Below are positions 48,464-60,700 of a stretch of DNA of 64,000 nt, piece by piece. How positions within the stretch are numbered: position 1 is the first letter of the stretch; every line of letters begins with the position of its first letter. The notes under the pieces are model-generated. The model was not told the origin of the DNA, did not search any database, and was given only the letters and a program-made list of their open reading frames with translations. The stretch is from Zygnema circumcarinatum SAG 698-1b. Taxonomy: Eukaryota; Plantae; Zygnematophyceae. The translations under genes were made by a program, and so were the position numbers. The stretch lies in NCBI GenBank assembly GCA_037447605.1, contig CM074807.1:1302001-1366000 (forward strand), read 5' to 3'.

Positions 48464-48873
48464 TGCAAAGGTGCATTCAAAAATCTATCGTTCACACTAC
48501 ACCAACATGTCATATACTTTGGTTTGAGCTCAAAGACAAGAAGCATCTTACTTGTGGCTGCTTTTTGCAGGGCACGGAAGGCCCTTTCATACCGTAACCC
48601 TTCTCTCCTTCGGCCTTTTCTCTCTCCTTTCCCCCACTTCCTCCTTTAAATGCACGCTTGAAAAAGAATGACATTAGATTAAATAAGGCCCTGCATGTTT
48701 CTATAAAGCCGGCCTTCCTCTCACAGGCCTCCAGGCTGCATACTGTAATCGTCTTAATCGTTTTCAAAGTGCTTCACTTTTTAGGGTTCCTGTGGGCTGT
48801 CCATTCGCCCCAACTGTTGCTTCGCATGATGTGCATCACAACAGGTCGGTTCTCGCACTACGCTGCAGTCCAC

Positions 48874-49050
48874 GGATTAGGGTTTCTGCAGAGGCTTGTC
48901 ACTGGATAGAGGAGGCCATAAGGTGGTGTTTCTGCCGAGACTGCTCACTAGAGAGAGGAGGCCATGGATTAGGGTTTGCAGAGCTCGCTCACTGGATAGA
49001 GGAGGCCATGGATTAAGGTTTCTGCAGGAGTTTCTCAACAAGGAGAGGAC
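48874..49050. repeat. ~45-bp tandem repeat x4 containing a telo-box-like TTAGGGTTT
   Basis: Units like ggattagggtttctgcagaggcttgtcactggatagaggaggccat starting near 48874, 48921, 48966 and 49010. Confidence 0.8.
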
Positions 49051-50465
49051 ATCGGCTAGTGTAGCAGTCTATTTGCAGCTCCATGGAGCCGGTTAGCGTA
49101 TTAGAGAGCCTGGGAGCAGAAATAACGGCCATAGTGACTCCAGTATCCGCATGCATGCATGCTGCTCGTGCTGCTCATGGTGCGTGGCCTCACTCCAAAC
49201 GGCTCTCCAGAGAGCGGCCGGCTATTGGTGCTCTCATTTATCACGAAAGGAGGTGTGTTTTCAACTCCTCTGTTCATTTTTCTGCTTTTGGATGCTGACT
49301 ATTTGCCCTCCATGTTTTCCATCCCACATTCATTGGCACTAGCATTTATTCCGAATCTGGAATTCAAATTCTTGTTTCTCATAAAAGCGCAGGGGGAGGG
49401 CTCGCATTTATCCTCCATTCATGTCTGACTAAAGTGACTTATGCTTTTCTATATCAGTGAATAGAGACCGAGCCGGGCACATAAAATGCTCATTATTCAG
49501 TCTTTAGTGTTTTCAATTTCGAACCAGCGACTAAAGTCCTGCACCAATACATACTCCATCATGCACATCAGCCAGCTGCTGCTCCTGCTGAATGTTTTTG
49601 TGTCATTCTAGATCAATTTCAGTAGTGATTGTGCCAACTTAAGAGCAATATAGAGCAGGTCATATCAATGGGCATATAAACATCAAGAAACAGGGTAGGC
49701 ACAGGAAATGAAGATGTAGAACGACCCATAGAAAGCTTACTTCTCGCAATGGTGAAGTCGATGAATGTTTGATGCAGCGTTTGCGTACTATAGAACGTGA
49801 ATGTTTCATTTTTTTCTATTAATTCTTGCATGTTTTTTTCCTTTAAGCCTTGATACCGTCCCTCTGAGTGTTGCCGATAAGTCCGATGGGTCCTCAGTGT
49901 TTTATTCGCACAATGAAGCTGCATTGAGCTTGTGTTAAATTTGAGATCTGCCTTGTTTGATCTGCTTTGTGCAGCTGGGTGGCTCCGTGGCAGTGCTAAT
50001 TATCCAGGCAAGCTACCAGGGCTTTTGAGCGCGGCCTATTTTGACTGTGGTACGGAATCATCTGATCACCTTCTAGATTGCAGAATTGTTTTTTGATTAC
50101 TCCTGTGAATGTCGCAGTTCGTATAGCGTGGGTAATCGCATTGCATCTTGAGCTCATTCAAGGTTAATGCTGGGCATCAGAACGTCAATGGCATTTGACA
50201 ACTAATCAAGCATAGTAGGATTTGCAAATAAATTCCGTTTTAGTGGTCCACCTAATCCATGAGGCGAAGCTAGTTTGACCTCAACATATGAGGAGCTGCA
50301 GCCGAATTGCGTCATTTCAAATACTTCAGAATCCATTACATGGTTGGTGTATGTTCACAGTCTCCTATGAGTCTGTAGCTATTGCAGAAGATCAGCGGAG
50401 CCCTTCCTTGTCAAGAATTACATCATGCTAAGAACTGCAATCTGATCTGACCTACTCGTCTGTGA

Positions 50466-50710
50466 CTCGTGCTCTGTCAGACCCTCTCCATTCCCATTGA
50501 CATCATCACCTTCAGCATCATTCTTCACTGAACTTCTCCATTGTGGGAGTCCTCGCCGGCTTCTTCTTCCTCCTCATGCACTCGTATCTGGTTATCAAAG
50601 GGGCGGTGGTTCACCCACCTGCCGGAATGGACGACGTGGCTACTCCTTTTGGCAATGGCCGTATACGACCTTATAGCGGTCCTCATGCCAGGTGGGCCAA
50701 TAGCATCCTG
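50466..50710 (+). pseudogene. Presenilin gene fragment (TM4-TM6) with frameshifts
   Basis: LSIPIDIITFSII / [15 protein letters not shown] / [31 protein letters not shown], read across two frameshifts and followed by a stop. It matches the plant presenilin LPEWTTW..YD..AVL.PGGP signature. Confidence 0.85.
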
Positions 50711-52379
50711 ACACCTGTAACCTTTCTGCTTATCTAATGTCACTTGCTACTTCCCCAAATAAAGCCAACCAGGAAGAGAAGCAGAAGCTTTGACATGCTT
50801 TCTAACAGCAGATGGCACGTGGAGTGTGCAGAAGGAAGAGAAAATTTCGTCGAGACAAGCTGCCGCAGGACGGAACCCGCCCCTGCAGCATTGTCGTGCG
50901 CGGGAGGACGCTTTGATAGCTTACAGAAACGCACTCTACGCCTCTCCCTCTCTCTCCCTCTCGCTCTCTCTCCTCCCTCTCTCCTACCTCGCCTCTCTCG
51001 CCTCTCCTCTCTCCTGACGATTACGGCAGCCATAGCCGCACTGCACTCCTTCCAAACTGCACTCCTTCCAAAGGGGGCCCCCTTGGAGGGGGCCGCTGAG
51101 TCCTTTGCAGGAGCCTCTCAGCGCAAAGCCTTCAACAGAGTATGACATGAGAAGATGAGCAGCTGCAACAGTCAGCATCTAGTGCACTTTAGGGATAATC
51201 TTTTGAAAGGTTGACGGTTTTCCACTGTCCTACTTTATCACCAAATGGATGCCATCTCCGCTCCTGTGCTGGCCACTCATGCAGTGGGGAAATGTTGCAC
51301 ATCAGATTCAGGTTTGGTTTGTGAGGAAGGCTATCGGTCAATTCAACCATTCATTCCATTTCGCCTCTGCTTTTTAATCAAAGTTTAAATTCCATGCATT
51401 TTAAATCCTAACTTATCTTTCGTGGAAGCCGGGAGTCGAACCGTGCAGACTACAATGAAATCCTGTGCTTAACGCTTTAATTCCGTTTCCAATATCTGTG
51501 AAAATGCAAGTACATTGAAAGCCCACACGTAAAGCTGAATTGAAGTGGAAGTATTTATTATTTCAAGCATCAAGCAGAAATTTTGCCACTCTGGACAATC
51601 TGATATCCAGAAAACTTAAAAAACTGAAACATTGGCTAAAACCCCTGAGTGACTGATCGGATGAAGGTTAAACCCTCGTCACGCCTTAGCTTTGTACTGT
51701 CGAATTCTTGGTTCTCAATTGAACTTGTAAACTTCTCTGGCTAAAGGGAGGCCTGTGAGTTGACGTAGCCTTTCAAACTAGATGGAAGATCATCTTTCAC
51801 AGAGGAAAAATTCTTGTCCATAACAGATAAACGTTGAGAAACCATGCAGAAACGAGGGTTTTTTAAGATGAGAGCCTTACATGAAGTGAAAAATAATATC
51901 AATTGCGCTGAAAGGGAATCATTAATTATGTAATTAGTACACAAGCTAGTCGTGGAGTTGTTCCTATGCAGTCACCCTAAACGAGTATCTGAGCAAACAA
52001 GCGCATTGCTGCTGAGAATATCTGAGCCTCAAAGTGGCGAGGATGCTGCCTGCAGGAAGGAAGCAGGATGTTACTTTTGATGGAAGCCCTGCACCAGCGA
52101 CTGGTGGAACAGCGTTTTTTTTTTTTTTTTTTTGAAGTAATTTGAAGGTACAGGCTCACACGGCACAGGCTCCTCAGAGAATGGCAATCAACCCTGGCCT
52201 GGAACACAACTCAGCCAGAATTCGTCGAGCAAGAGAATATGAGCAGGAGTAGAAAGATGGGATTCCGGGGAAGGGGATTCTTTGTTGTTGAAACAAGCTA
52301 GATACAATACAGTACGACGCCGTATCGTACTGTACAGTACAGTGGAGGGTCCTCGTATTTACCGCCCGAAGGAGTGCGT

Positions 52380-54549
52380 TGTAGCAAGATAAGTGGGGTT
52401 AAACAAAGATTGCTGAGCTAGCTGCAGGTGCTGTACGGCCACACGCGCGTCCGTGCTGAAACTAATGAAGGGTTGGGTTGGTTCTGTGGGTCTGCCTGCA
52501 GCATAGAGCCAGGATCCGGGGGATTCAGAGGTACGCGCAGCGGAAGACGTAGGGATCCTGAAGATGTTCCCACCGGCTGCTGGACTCGATGCGCGAAGAG
52601 CCCTTCCTTGGGGGCTCTCTTCCTGTAACAAACCTGCCAACTGCAAGGTTTGAACACAAGACCTCCCGGTATCCACACCAGTGCTTTACCATTAAAAGGC
52701 AACCGCGGATGTAAGTACTAGGCCATACAACCCATGTATAGCGTTTCGCTACATTCCTCCCCACCTAAACCGGGCTCGTCCTCGAGCGCACTCAAGGGTT
52801 TTCACGAGCAGCGTTCAAGCTCCTTCAACACATGCGCCACGACGGTCTCAGCCCCTCAGGCCACTAAGGAGCGCTTTCCGTACCATGCTCAGAGATCACG
52901 GTGTTTTTAGGGTGGATTACAAATACCGGGCACTGGCTCTGATACCAATGTAACAAACCTGCCAACTGCAAGGTTTGAACACAAGACCTCCCGGTATCCA
53001 CACCAGTGCTTTACCATTAAAAGGCAACCGCGGATGTAAGTACTAGGCCATACAACCCATGTATAGCGTTTCGCTACACTTCCCCTATCCTCTCCTTGGC
53101 CAGTCTCTTAGCTAGGCTTCTAGTTATCATCGGTCATTGGGATAAGCGTAAGGCAGATTAGGACAAGATGGCAGCTTTGCATAGTGACAGCAAAGGGAAA
53201 ACAGTGCTCAACTTAGATAAAGGTTACATTTTGGAAACTCACCCCAGCCAGCGGTTGGCTGGGGAATGTCATTACAATGAAATTGTCTTCTCACTGAAAT
53301 CTTTGTCTAGCTGGGCTGAATGGGACGTCTAAATGCTATCAGCAAGAAGAGTCTCTCTCTCTCTCTCTCTCTCTATCTATGGCATGGGACTCTCTCTCTC
53401 TCTCTCTCTCTTACTTAGCATCTGTTGCTGTAACTGAAGAGGAAGGAAAAGAAGAAAGAAGAACAAGAAGACAAACCACACAGCAAATACATAGCAAGTA
53501 GGATGAAGATAAGTGGGGTTAAACAAAAATTCTTTGAGAAATTTGGCTACTTGGTCTTTAATACTGAGGCTTGTAGCAGCGGAGTCTTGAAGCTAATGAA
53601 GGGTTGGGTTGGTTACATTAGATTACACTTGCTTGTGGCCATGGGGAGGCAGGTCAGGGGATTGAGGAGAATGCCAGCCTTGGTATGAGCGTAAAGGGAT
53701 CCACGAAGATCAGGCCCCACGGTTCTGGCTGAGGGCTACGATCTTGTGAAGAGCCCTTCCTTGGGGGCTCTCTTCCCCTATCCTCTCCTTGGCCAGTCTC
53801 TTAGCTAGGCTTCTAGTTATCATCGGTCATTGGGATAAGCGTAAGGCAGATTAGGACAAGATGGCAGCTTTGCATAGTGACAGCAAAGGGAAAACAGTGC
53901 TCAACTTAGATAAAGGTTACATTTTGGAAACTCACCCCAGCCAGCGGTTGACTGGGGAATGTCATTACAATGAAATTGTCTTCTCACTGAAATCTTTGTC
54001 TAGCTGGGCTGAATGGGACGTCTAAATGCTATCAGCAAGAAGAGTCTCTCTCTCTCTCTCTCTCTATCTATGGCATGGGACTCTCTCTCTCTCTCTCTCT
54101 CTTACTTAGCATCTGTTGCTGTAACTGAAGAGGAAGGAAAAGAAGAAGGAAGAACAAGAAGACAAACCACACAGCAAATACAAATACTAAGCCCAGCACT
54201 AAAAGACAAAACAGCATCACCGACATCCCATCTACTTAACAGCGACAATAGATCTTGAGTCCTAGCGTTGTGACCTGCGATTGGCTGGCACTGCCGCCTT
54301 GAGCACGGCCCGGCTTCGTGGAGCCTTGGATAGGTCCAGCGAATGATTATGGCTGACACTCATGGGTGATTCCCGGTGCGCCTTGGCGGATGGTGTGCTG
54401 TTCCGTGGCCCGCCAGCGCGTAAAGCTACGCCTTCTCTCAATCTCCGTTGGCAGCTCCTGGATTCCGTTGATCCATGACACGGAAGATGCATACGTCAAG
54501 TACAATCGAACTGACGCCAAGCCGTCGAACGCAGCTCCGTTACGCTACA
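52380..54549 (-). mobile_element. Family A solo LTR with a partial internal duplication and a TRIM insertion
   Basis: Reverse complement starts TGTAGCGTAACGGAGCTGCG and ends CTTATCTTGCTACA; 4-bp TSD GCGT; 53079-53490 is repeated at 53773-54181. Confidence 0.9.
52624..53078 (-). mobile_element. TRIM copy 3 (LTRs 52624-52753 and 52949-53078)
   Basis: Two apparently identical 130-bp LTRs, PBS TGGTATCAGAGCC, PPT, 5-bp TSD CTTCC. Confidence 0.95.
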
Positions 54550-54709
54550 GCGTCCTCAATATTTTCGCCCCGATTTTGCCGAAACCACCTTTTTGTACGG
54601 TAACTTGTGTTAGCCGTACTTTTCGTACTTTTCGTACTTTTCATACTTTTCGTACTTTTCGTACTCTTGATGCTGTTAAATTTACTATACGTACTAAGCG
54701 GGTTACGGG

Positions 54710-57700
54710 TGTAGCGTAAACGAGCTGCGTTCGGCAGTTTCGCGTCGATCCGATTATTGTCATAGTATGCCTCTTAGTGTCGCGGTCAGCCCGGAATCGG
54801 GGGTACATAGCGGAGATTTAGAAGCTGGCGCCATGCGTTAGCTGACCCGCGGAACAGCACACCATCCGACAGCGCACGGGAGCGCCGCAAAGATGCCGCC
54901 GATTATCATTTGTTGACCTATCCTAAGGCTCCAATTTAGTCGGCCAGCCTCTCGCGGGCAGTTGGCCAATCGAGAGGTATCACTACTAAGACTCAAGATC
55001 TATTGTCGGTGTTAAGTAGATGGGATGTCGTTGATGTTGTTTTGTCTTTTAGTGCTGGGCTTAGTATTTGTATTTGCTGTGTGGTTTGTTGTCTTGTTCT
55101 TCTTTCTTCTTTTCCTTCTCTTGATTCTGGCCAACCAGAATCTTAGAAGTAGAGAGAGAGAAAGTTCATACCATAGATAGAGAGAAAAAGACTCTTCTTG
55201 TGATAGCAATTTCAGGCATCCATTCAGCATTGAACAAAGATTTCGATGAGAAGACAATTACATTGTAATGACATTCCCGACCAACCCATTTGGGGTGAGA
55301 TTTCCAAGATCTGACCTTTATCTAAGTTGGTACTTGTTTTCCGCCTAGCTGTCCAGCTATGCTGTGCCATCTTGTCCTATCACGGCTTATCCCCGATGGC
55401 CAGATGATAGCTAGAAGCCTAGCTAAGAACTGTAGGAGAGGGGCGAGGGGAAGGGAAGGCCCCCGAGGGAAGGGGCTCTTGGCCTCGAGTCCGGCGGCCC
55501 GGTGGGAACATCTTCGGGATCCCTCGTCTTGCATTTGCGTACCTCTGAATCCCAGGATCGGCACCATCTTTGCCGGCGAGACCCGCAGGAACCAACCCAA
55601 CCCTTTAAATTGGTTTGGCCGGGCCTTGAGTGGCGTCACGGCACCTAACATTGCTTCGGCAATCTTTGTTAACCCCAACATCTTAGTATCGGAAGCGAGG
55701 AAGGTTTTGAATCAGCGTGCGCGTCACGTGAGGCTGCGGAATCTGTGACCGTGTCACAGCCATATAGATGAAGAGCTGCGGCCAGAGGGCAAGCAGATCT
55801 TCATGATGAGGAGGAAGACTTTTGGCACCTCGAAGAAACGGCGATGAAATCCGAGGGCCCGGATTAGACTTCAGAGGAAGAAGCGGTCGAGAGGAAGCGG
55901 CCCGAAGATGGAGCATCACGAAGGAACCCTTGCTCCCGATTAAACACCTTGGCGAGATAGAGTGATTGAAGAGGCTGCCAGCGACTCCGTCTAAGCGGCG
56001 ATGGCCACAAACTCCGGTAGCGTATGCAGCGCGCCAGTCGAGGCGCTGCGCGGTTCTTTGTCTGCAGCGTGGCCGGATCGCAGTGAAGAGATCTTGGATT
56101 TGAACCTGCGGTCCCACGCGGCCGAAGCGAGAACCCACGGGATCTCGGTCGGGATAACTCTTTTGCACCGGGGAGTCCCTTGACCTTCAATTTGCGCGGA
56201 TCACAACGAGCAAAGGGAATGGTGAGGAAGACACCCTCACCTCCGGCTTTCCTGACTTTTACCCATCCCGTGACCGGGCGGCGGCAGAACGAAGAGGCGG
56301 GGCGATGCGCGCTGGAATTTTCGGCACCGAACCAGCACAGAGAAGCACCGGTGGGGCGTCACGAAGGTTCACGGCCCGAGATGGAAGAGATGATGACAAA
56401 AGCCCGATAGCCTTGATTCTGAAAAAAGAGTAGTGAGGATACAGCGAGGGCATCATCCGCAAGGCTTCACCGGCAGCGAGGAAGATCTTGAAGCATGGGT
56501 GAACGCATGAGGAGAAGCGTATGGCCCGGTTTGAAGGAGGACCCGATGGATCAATTTGGCCTTGGAAGGCTGGAAGGAGAAGTCGAAATTTGGAAAGAAA
56601 CTGTCCCGAAGCGCACAAAGCGGATGTATTAAGCCACCGTGAGGACACATTCAAGCAAACTTTGGGGCAAACGGCCCGGATTCCGGATCCGATCAGCGTG
56701 GCTGGACCGACTTATTTACATAGAATGCTACGATTGATGGTACATTTGAATTCGCTGACGCTTTGTCGCGTAGCAATCTGATCGAGAACTTACTGCGACT
56801 TTTTCGAGATGCTCGATTGGTTACGCCGAAAACCATCGGCCCGAAGGATCTCCACGGATAGGTGAGGCTGAGACAACCCTGGCCGGATGCCGGGCATTGT
56901 TAGGCGAGGCGAGCGAGGCCGGAAGGATCAAGAGGCAGCGACATGTCACGACCACATTACATGAGCGCTCTGAGATCCTCACGGCGGGATGACTCTGCCG
57001 GCGTGATTCTTGAGAGCCTTCCGAGAATCAGCGGTTGTTGATCCTACGCTACGCCCTGCTGAACGAAGCCTTCGCTTCTCGTACGTCCTTTGCTGGGGCG
57101 TCAGGACAGCACAATGATGCGGCCTACGGCCGCCAGCCCGGCCTGGCAACCCCTTCCCTTTCCCCGTACCCTCATGATCCGGTATCCCGTTGGCCCGGCG
57201 GTGAGATCCTCACATACCCGAGATGTTTCTCGTCGGGGATATCCGGGGCTCGCCCATTCCGATCGCGCGAAGAAGAGGCTGCCGAGGCGTCTGCGTAGTC
57301 GGACCGTGAAGGCGAGGGTTCGGAGAAGCGTCTGTCTTTACTGCGGCACAGATCATAATCGCGGCTGGGTGCGGACCATGGACCTACACTGCTGTCCGGA
57401 TCCGCGGGACATGATGCGTGTGTGCATCGGAACTCTCGAGTGAAGGCCGCCCAAGAGGCGGTGAAGGGCTCACTGCGAGATCTGCCGTGGATATGCTCGG
57501 TACACTTTGCTGCAGAGCTCGGAAACCGCTAAGCGCCTCCATCTCCTTCGCTGCACCATCACAGGCGACCGCATCCATGCGCACCCCATGGATTCCCCCT
57601 CCACGTGAAGCGTGTTGGGTCTTGAGCGATCCTGTTGCCCGATCACTTGCTTGCCGAGTTCTTGCTTGGCATTTTCGGCCGACGCTTGTCGAGATCCCCA

Positions 57701-60700
57701 TCATATACGGCGGATGCCAGGCGGTCGTAGGATTGCAGCGCCAGGGGCTCAAATTCGGCCAGGCGATCACCATTCTCATCCCCGCCATTCCTCCCGCGTG
57801 CTCAGCGGCGCCCGGTTCCTCCGAATGCGGCTGCGAGTACGCCACCTGTCAGAACTGATCATCCCTCCGCCGCGAGATTATATCCGGGGTCCACTGCACG
57901 AGAAGTGAAGATCTGATGAAGAGGAGCGGCAATGGCCCAGCGGCAGAGCCGCGCCGCCCGCCGTATGCGAAAGAGATGCCGCGTCAACCCTCCACATCGT
58001 CCTCGAGCGACCGTTTACTGCCCCAGCGGCGATGCGTCGACCACCCGTGAGCCGGCTATCCACGATTGAGCGCATGGTGCATCGGCTCATGGGAGACAAG
58101 GTAAGATAGGCATTACGCATCCTGATTGATGCAGCTTATGCAGTCTTTTGGCAAGTAGTTGAAAGCTGGCGGCCTTGTGCGAGACGCACTACGGCCTCCC
58201 CGCGATTCTATGGCCTCCTCAGGGCGTCCCTGCATGCGGCGGAGGTATCCACCATGGCTCACGGCCTCTGGCAGGACCCGGGGCCTCCCTTTCGCCATCC
58301 TCGTGGTCGGATCCTCCACTCTCATCCCAGCCCGCGTCGCGGATCATTGTCGATGTATGGCTCAGGTCATCAGCCAAAGCCATGATGCGGCAGAACCCAC
58401 GTCGCAGCGATTACATCCAAGCTTTGTGATGAAGAGTTAAGGATTGGACGAGCGAAGCCGAGCCCCGTTCCACGATAATGTGGGGAGTTGGAAGGGAGCT
58501 TACATGAAGGATTAGGCCCGGCGCCCGAAGTGGTCATCGATCTTGGCGAGATGAGAACCCCTTGATGAATCACGGTCATGGCCATTGAACCATTATCTGC
58601 TTTGGGCTCAGTTGGCTCATCAGCGATGGGAGCACAAATCGACTTTGCCTGTGTTGCACGCCTCTGGCTGGCGGGGACGGTTGCTCCTTCCCCATCATCC
58701 TCCCGGAGTCCCTTACCGCCTCCTTCCCCGAAGCGCCACGCCCAGCGGCCTTGAGGTCTCACTGCAGGAGATCACCATGTACCATTAGGTCAGCTCGACC
58801 CCATTCTTCTTATGGATAAGCCGAATTACGTCTGGAGTAGCCAGAGACTCCCCCCCTCCTGCTCCTCCCGGAGTCTACAGCTCGGTGTATGAGACGAAGC
58901 TGACTGCCTTGATGAGATACACCGCACCCGGCTTTCCCCCGCATGAGACCGCCGATGAGTGGTTGGAAATAGAGGCGGGAATCGATTAGGGCACTGCGGT
59001 CCTCTGAACCCGTCAAGCATTCTCGGCTTCGCCAAGTCTTTGCCTTGAGAAATCACCTAGTTTTGTGACATTCACTTTCGGCATCGGCCAAGACTCACTT
59101 GATTGAGCACCACGTGATCACGGGGGATCGTCTCCGTGATGACCCGCGACTCCTGCAGCTTCTGTGCGCCTGGCCGAGCGATGTGGCACAACAGTCGGCG
59201 AAGCAGTAGGCTGGGATTGATGGAACACGGAGAAGAGAGCGCGTGGAGCGGTACGGCGATTCTGCCCCAATAGGATGGCACACTCGGCACCGTGAGGATG
59301 CGAATGCAATATGAAGTGGGATCCACACATTGCAGGATGTGGACGATTCTCCGCGGCGTCTCCCACGATGGCCGGTGGTTCTCATTACCGCTTGACATCG
59401 CGAGAAATCATACAGCGAGATCCCCCGCCGGCGGGCCCACGTCGTTGCAAAACGAGGCCGCTGCGACCCGCGCGCTTTGTGCGATTAGCCGGTCTTCCAT
59501 TGAACTCCAGAATTCGGTCGAGACTCACCCGGCTGGCCAGCCAGGTGTTACGGCCTGTCGTGCCTTACTGCGAGCCTTCGTCGATGATGCTTGATCCACA
59601 GCCGAAAGAATAGTCCTCCGCACGCGCATTGACCAAGTCTACCTTGGCTGACTCATCGGTCGCGGCGTCACGAAGATTGCACCCAAGAAGTGCAAATGGG
59701 GCCACCGGAGATCACTCATCTCGGGCACCTTTCGGCATCCAATGGCGCGAGAGCCATCACCGATAAGATTGGCGATTGCCGCATCGCGGAATTCCGCAGA
59801 CCACTCCCTTTCGGCTCGGAAAGTCTTTCTTGGGGAACCACCTCGATACATCATGGAGTTCATCCGAAACATGCCACTTATCGCCCGTCCCACACATGCC
59901 TTGGAGAAGCCGCGGAGTCAATCTGGGAATGGAGCCGGCGCGGGGATTTGGCCTTCCCGCGGCGGCTCAAGAGTGCTCTCCTTAGGAATACTTGCACGCA
60001 TCAATTTGACCCAGCCCCTTCCCACCATTATTGGCGCCCGGTGGAGTGAGGGCAGGGCTTTAGGTGGCGATCAAAGCACATTCGGATAGAACGCACCGGT
60101 GGAGTTTTGCAAGCGGGGTGCGTTGAAAGCGAGACCAAGTATAGCCTAGAGGGAGAAGCGGCGGTATCCTCACAGGCACTCCGAAATTCAAGCTCTTAGC
60201 ATTTTACCAGCGTTATCATTGATTTGACCGCATACCCTGCTTTGGGCGCACATTATGGCTACCCTGCATGCAGGTTTGCGATGGGTGATGAAGTTAGATG
60301 CAAATGTCCTCAAAGTCACTCACCGTCCCGGCCGTAGTCACGGCAATGCGGACGGCCTCAGTCGCAATCCTTCGGCTCCCCTCCTCTGTCACGATCCGGC
60401 CGTTCCTGAACCCATCCCTCCACCCACCCTCTTGAACCACGAGCATCTTCCATTGAGATTTTTGTGCGGTTTCCGAAGCCTGCGTGATGTCTGTCCTTGA
60501 GATAAATTTGTCGATATTCGGCCACGCCACCACCCTCCATCATTTGGGAGGACCACGACTTCACCCACAGCCCACCCCGTGCGGTCCAGAGTGGGAAATC
60601 CTGCATGGATGGCGATGGCGGCGCTCCCTTACTTCCTCCCGAATTTCGGTGCAGTAAGCGTCCGTTCGGACTCACTCCCATACGCGCTCGTCGCGGCCAA

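Noticed and set aside
48874-49050. Interstitial telomere
   Set aside because: Only single TTAGGGTTT motifs within a 45-bp unit, with no (TTTAGGG)n run.
51741-52260. Minus-strand exon-like fragments
   Set aside because: No recognisable family and contain stops. Cannot support a call.
52296-52334. Helitron 3' end (hairpin then CTAG on the minus strand)
   Set aside because: Spacing is only 6 nt, the following base is not T, and no matching 5' TC end was identified.
47156-52339. KDZ/Plavaka transposase partner for the TET-like gene
   Set aside because: No CxC or DDE-type ORF is visible near the gene, so transposon linkage remains a hypothesis.
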